A program made the position numbers and the translations under genes. Below, piece after piece: positions 60,073 through 64,000 of a DNA stretch of 64,000 nucleotides (position 1 is its first letter; each line of letters opens with the position of its first letter). The notes under the pieces were generated by a model. It did no database searches, was not told where the DNA came from, and saw only the letters and a program-made list of their open reading frames with translations. The DNA lies in the NCBI GenBank assembly GCA_963802945.1, contig CAWDKY010000015.1, positions 64,001-128,000 on the forward strand, in the 5' to 3' direction. The stretch comes from an uncultured delta proteobacterium. GTDB lineage: Bacteria; Desulfobacterota; RBG-13-43-22.

Positions 60073-62157
60073 TTACCTTCTAAAATCCTTGAAACCTTTA
60101 CCCTCCTTGGCCAATTTTTCCAAAAGGGCCGACGGCTTCCAAACGTCGCCTTCCTTCTTTTGAAATTCGATCATCTTGTCATAGATCTTTTTAACCCCCA
60201 CCAGATCGGCATAAAACATGGGGCCCCCGCGATAGATGGGCCAGCCGTATCCATAAATCCAAATGACATCAATATCACTGGGCCGGATGGCGATCCCTTC
60301 TTCTAGAGTCTTGGCCCCTTCATTGATCATGGGATACAGACTCTTTTCCAGGATCTCTTCATCGGAAATCGGTCGTTGCATGATATGGTGCTCGGCTGCA
60401 AAGCCTTTGATCATTTTTTCCACGACCGGTGAGGGAATCGGGGTCCGGTTACCCGGTTGGTAATCATAGAAACCGGCATTGGTCTTTTGACCCAGTCGTC
60501 CGGCTTCACAGAGACGTTCCCGAAGGGTGGCCCCCTGGGAGGTGGCCTTGTTCCAGCCGATATCAAGTCCGGCCATATCGCTCATGGTGAATGGTCCCAT
60601 GGGGAATCCGAAATCGAAGATGACTTTGTCGATCTGCTGAGGTGAACCCGATTCCAGGATCAATTTATTGGTTTCACGAGAGCGTTGACCAAGCATACGG
60701 TTACCCACGAACCCTTGGCAGACCCCGACCAGCGCGGCAATTTTCTGTATCCTTTTTCCAAAGGCCATAGAGGTGGCAATAACATCCTTGGCCGTCTTGG
60801 CCCCGCGCACAACCTCCAGAAGCCGCATGACATTGGCCGGGCTGAAGAAATGTAATCCGATAACGCTCTCCGGCCGTTTAGTTGCCGAAGCGATTTCATT
60901 GATATTCAAACCCGAGGTGTTGGATGCCAGAATGGCCCCCGGCTTGCAGATCTTGTCAAGTTTGGCAAAGATCTCTTTTTTGAGATCCATATTTTCGTAT
61001 ACGGCCTCGATCACCAGATCGACATCCTTCAAGTCATCCAGGGACAGAGTACCCTTGATAAGCGACAAGCGTTTTTCCACATCCTCCTTGGTGATCCGTC
61101 CTTTGGCCGCTGTGTTTTCGTAGTTTTTTCGGCAAATGCTTAGACCCTTGTCCAGCAACTGCTGGTTGACTTCCATAATGATGACCGGTATCCCTACATT
61201 GGCACAGCTCATGGCAATACCGCCGCCCATAGTTCCCGCTCCGACAATACCGACCTTGTTAATGGGTATCTGCGGAGTGTCCGCCGGGACATTGGGTATC
61301 TTGGCCACTTCTCTCTCGGCAAAGAAGGCATAGCGCTGGGCTGCAGACTGAGAACCCATCATCAATTTGAGAAAAAGGTCTCTTTCTTTTTTCAATCCTT
61401 CTTCAAAGGGAAGGTTTACCGCAGCTTCTACGGCCTCGACACAAGCCTGAGGTGCCTCGAATCCCCGTTTTGATCGGGCGAAAGACTTACGGGCTTCAAC
61501 AAAAATCTCCGGCTTGCCTTTCTCCGCATCAACTTTTTCTCGTCTGTCACGGATCTTCCTCAAAGGACGTCCCTCCGTAAGAATTTTCTTGGCAAAGGCG
61601 ACGGCACCAGTTACCAGATCTCCTTCAAGGATCTCATCGATCAAGCCTTCCCTAAGGGCCTCCTGGGCGCTGATTTGATTGCCGGTGGCAATCATCTGAA
61701 TGGCCTTTTCTACCCCGACGATAAGGGGCAACCGCTGGGTCCCACCGCCCCCGGGTAATAGCCCGAGAAGGACTTCCGGTAGACCAAATCTGGCTGAAGG
61801 CACGGCTACACGAAAATGACAGACCATAGCCGTTTCCAAACCTCCACCCAGGGCAGTGCCATGAATGGCGGCGATAACGGGTTTCTTGCCGTTTTCAATC
61901 AAGGCAAAAGGAACCTCTAAACCGGGCTCCTGAGGTGGTTTTCCAAATTCGGTGATATCGGCTCCGGCGATAAAGGTCCGTCCCATACAGGCGATCACCA
62001 CGGCCTTAACTGAATCATCTTCCATGGCCGCCTTGACACCGTCGGCCATGCCTTTACGAACCCCTACGCTGAGGGCGTTGACAGGTGGATTGTTGATCAT
62101 GAGAACGGCAATCTCACCCTGTTTCTCCACATCAACCACGTCGGTAATTTTGGTCAT
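60073..62157 (-). CDS. enoyl-CoA hydratase / 3-hydroxyacyl-CoA dehydrogenase multifunctional protein
   Basis: NPPVNAL, FIAGADI, GGGLE, LPEV; [26 protein letters not shown]. Confidence 0.95.
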   Translation of the reverse strand: MTKITDVVDVEKQGEIAVLMINNPPVNALSVGVRKGMADGVKAAMEDDSVKAVVIACMGRTFIAGADITEFGKPPQEPGLEVPFALIENGKKPVIAAIHGTALGGGLETAMVCHFRVAVPSARFGLPEVLLGLLPGGGGTQRLPLIVGVEKAIQMIATGNQISAQEALREGLIDEILEGDLVTGAVAFAKKILTEGRPLRKIRDRREKVDAEKGKPEIFVEARKSFARSKRGFEAPQACVEAVEAAVNLPFEEGLKKERDLFLKLMMGSQSAAQRYAFFAEREVAKIPNVPADTPQIPINKVGIVGAGTMGGGIAMSCANVGIPVIIMEVNQQLLDKGLSICRKNYENTAAKGRITKEDVEKRLSLIKGTLSLDDLKDVDLVIEAVYENMDLKKEIFAKLDKICKPGAILASNTSGLNINEIASATKRPESVIGLHFFSPANVMRLLEVVRGAKTAKDVIATSMAFGKRIQKIAALVGVCQGFVGNRMLGQRSRETNKLILESGSPQQIDKVIFDFGFPMGPFTMSDMAGLDIGWNKATSQGATLRERLCEAGRLGQKTNAGFYDYQPGNRTPIPSPVVEKMIKGFAAEHHIMQRPISDEEILEKSLYPMINEGAKTLEEGIAIRPSDIDVIWIYGYGWPIYRGGPMFYADLVGVKKIYDKMIEFQKKEGDVWKPSALLEKLAKEGKGFKDFRR

Positions 62158-62748
62158 TTTTTTCCTCCTTTTTGATCAGATTCTGACTGGGTCATAATTA
62201 TCAAAAGTGGATAAAGTGTCAAGGCAATAATAAAGGCTTTTTTTAAGTTAACGCCTTTTTAGACCAAACCGGTTTGATTGCCCTTTTCTCTTCAACCTGC
62301 CGCCTGGCCATGAGATCGAAGCTCATGGCTGAAAGTTCTAAGGGAGTTTAAAGTATGGTGTTTGGAGTTCGAAGTTGGAATTTGGGGATAGAATCAGGAG
62401 CTCGAAGCCCGGCCCCGTTGGAACCCTTTATGAAAGAAGGCGAGAAAATATTTCTTCTTGATCTTTTAAAATGATTTGGACTGGAGATTCGAAATTAATC
62501 CATTTTATTGAAATTTCTTTTTCGGAAAAATTGATACATGATACAATTGAGATGATCGATCAGGTTTTTGCGGGGGATTTTTTTGGTATGGTTGAATCCT
62601 TTTTAAAGTTCTCCTTCGATCAATAATTGGACCAGTTCAAATAAATTCCCATAGGTCAGGTCTCGACCCCCAGATTCTTTCTCTTTCGATAAATTAGGGG
62701 CCGGGATGGCCAGGCTCATTTCTTGACTGAAAGGTTTTTAGATTCTTT

Positions 62749-63939
62749 TTAATCCGCTCCTTTACGGATAAAAGTCGGGACTTCCAGTTCTTCTTCATCA
62801 AAGTAGTATTCCGGAGCCTTGGCCGGCCTTTTGGGCCCGTATTTGTCAATCTCTTTTCCCTTGCGAACAAAGGTCGGGGTTTCCCGATCTTCCGATCGAT
62901 CCGGTTTTATCTCCGACAAGCCGGGCCGTATCCGGTCAAAGTCGATAACAACCCTTTCTTCCTTGGGATTGATCCCAGTGGCCACAACGGTAACCCGGAG
63001 TTCGTCTCCCATACTTTCATCAATGGCCGTCCCCCAAATAATATTGGCCTCTTCATGCACTTCCTTCTGAATCAAGGTGGAAGCTTCAATGACCTCTTCA
63101 AAACCGAGGTTTGAGCTGGCGGTAATATTCAATAATAAAGCCTTGGCCCCGGTGATGGAGATATCCTCTAATAAGGGACTTGAAATGGCCCGTTGAGCCG
63201 CCTCCAGGGCACGATTCTCACCGCTGGCTATACCGGTTCCCATGAGAGCCACACCCATTTCAGCCATGATCGTTTTAACATCAGCGAAATCAAGAACAAT
63301 CAAGCCGGGTGCCACGATTAAGTCGGAAATACCTTTAACGGCATAGAGTAAAACATCATCGGCCTTTTTAAGCATTTCCAAAAAGCTGGCCTTCTTGGTG
63401 GCCAGAGAAATAAGACGATCATTGGGAATAGTGATCAGGCTGTCCACGACCTTCCGCATTTCAATGACCCCTTCGTTGGCCTGTTTTTGACGTATCGGCC
63501 CTTCAAAATGAAAGGGTTTGGTAACCACGGCTACGGTCAGGATATCCAATTCCTTACAGATCTGGGCTACAATCGGGGCGCCGCCTGTTCCGGTTCCTCC
63601 ACCCATCCCGGCCGTGATAAAAACCATGTCGCTGCCTTCTAATTCCTGACGGATTTTTTCGGCATCTTCCAAGGTGGCGTTTCTGCCGATTTCCGGAACA
63701 CCCCCGGCCCCCAACCCCTTGGTCAAGGAGGTCCCGAGCTGGATACGGGTATCGGCCATAGAAGAAGTAAGGGCCTTTAGATCCGTATTGGCAGCGATAA
63801 ACTCCACTCCTGTTAGGAGTTGGGACCTGATCATATTATTGATGGCATTATTTCCCCCTCCTCCAATCCCGACCACTCGGATTTTAGCCCCTTTTTGGAT
63901 TTCTTCTTCCACTCCGACCATTTCAATATTCATCATCAT
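62749..63939 (-). CDS. ftsZ: cell division protein FtsZ
   Basis: [23 protein letters not shown]-terminal LEVPTFIRK. Confidence 0.98.
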   Translation of the reverse strand: MMMNIEMVGVEEEIQKGAKIRVVGIGGGGNNAINNMIRSQLLTGVEFIAANTDLKALTSSMADTRIQLGTSLTKGLGAGGVPEIGRNATLEDAEKIRQELEGSDMVFITAGMGGGTGTGGAPIVAQICKELDILTVAVVTKPFHFEGPIRQKQANEGVIEMRKVVDSLITIPNDRLISLATKKASFLEMLKKADDVLLYAVKGISDLIVAPGLIVLDFADVKTIMAEMGVALMGTGIASGENRALEAAQRAISSPLLEDISITGAKALLLNITASSNLGFEEVIEASTLIQKEVHEEANIIWGTAIDESMGDELRVTVVATGINPKEERVVIDFDRIRPGLSEIKPDRSEDRETPTFVRKGKEIDKYGPKRPAKAPEYYFDEEELEVPTFIRKGAD

Positions 63940-64000
63940 TTACCTCCCCTTTTAATATGATCTGTCTGCCTATGACTAAAAAATTTTCATATCCATAAAC

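Noticed and set aside
63950-64000. 3' end of ftsA expected upstream of ftsZ
   Set aside because: The available 50 nt give no recognisable FtsA C-terminus.

Overview
64 kb of a Desulfobacterota/deltaproteobacterium-like chromosome; the lineage is inferred from gene content and repeat families. (1) 1-7.5 kb holds ordinary genes plus a SelW/Rdx selenoprotein missed by the ORF track. (2) About 5.9-19.4 kb is an accessory region lying 3' of tRNA-Ser(CGA). It contains five co-oriented copies of a ~190 bp non-coding element that separate three type II TA operons, a NuoEFG/BamGHI-like module whose NuoE carries an RHH-like N-terminus, an ORF-less group II intron, an integron-cassette remnant with a IIC-attC intron scar, and an AbiE type IV TA pair. 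(3) 20-32.6 kb is an Rrf2-linked Cys/Met sulfur super-operon. cysK, cysE, nifS, rrf2 and an Fe-S gene are intact; fdhD, metW, metX, metY, a G3E GTPase, an ABC ATPase and an epimerase are broken; an IS200 is nested inside it. (4) 32.6-64 kb is mostly housekeeping: GT4s, miaB, nadK, ispH-ubiA fusion, dusB, tRNA-Sec, hypAB, fadB-like and ftsZ. Best leads: an unannotated 50-aa membrane selenoprotein candidate (UGA plus SECIS-like hairpin) right behind an FmdB gene whose own UGA may also be Sec; the repeat-delimited TA cassette array; the RHH-NuoE fusion; and the Fe-S/GTPase/ATPase trio in the sulfur operon. All calls come from reading the sequence; no searches or folding programs were run.
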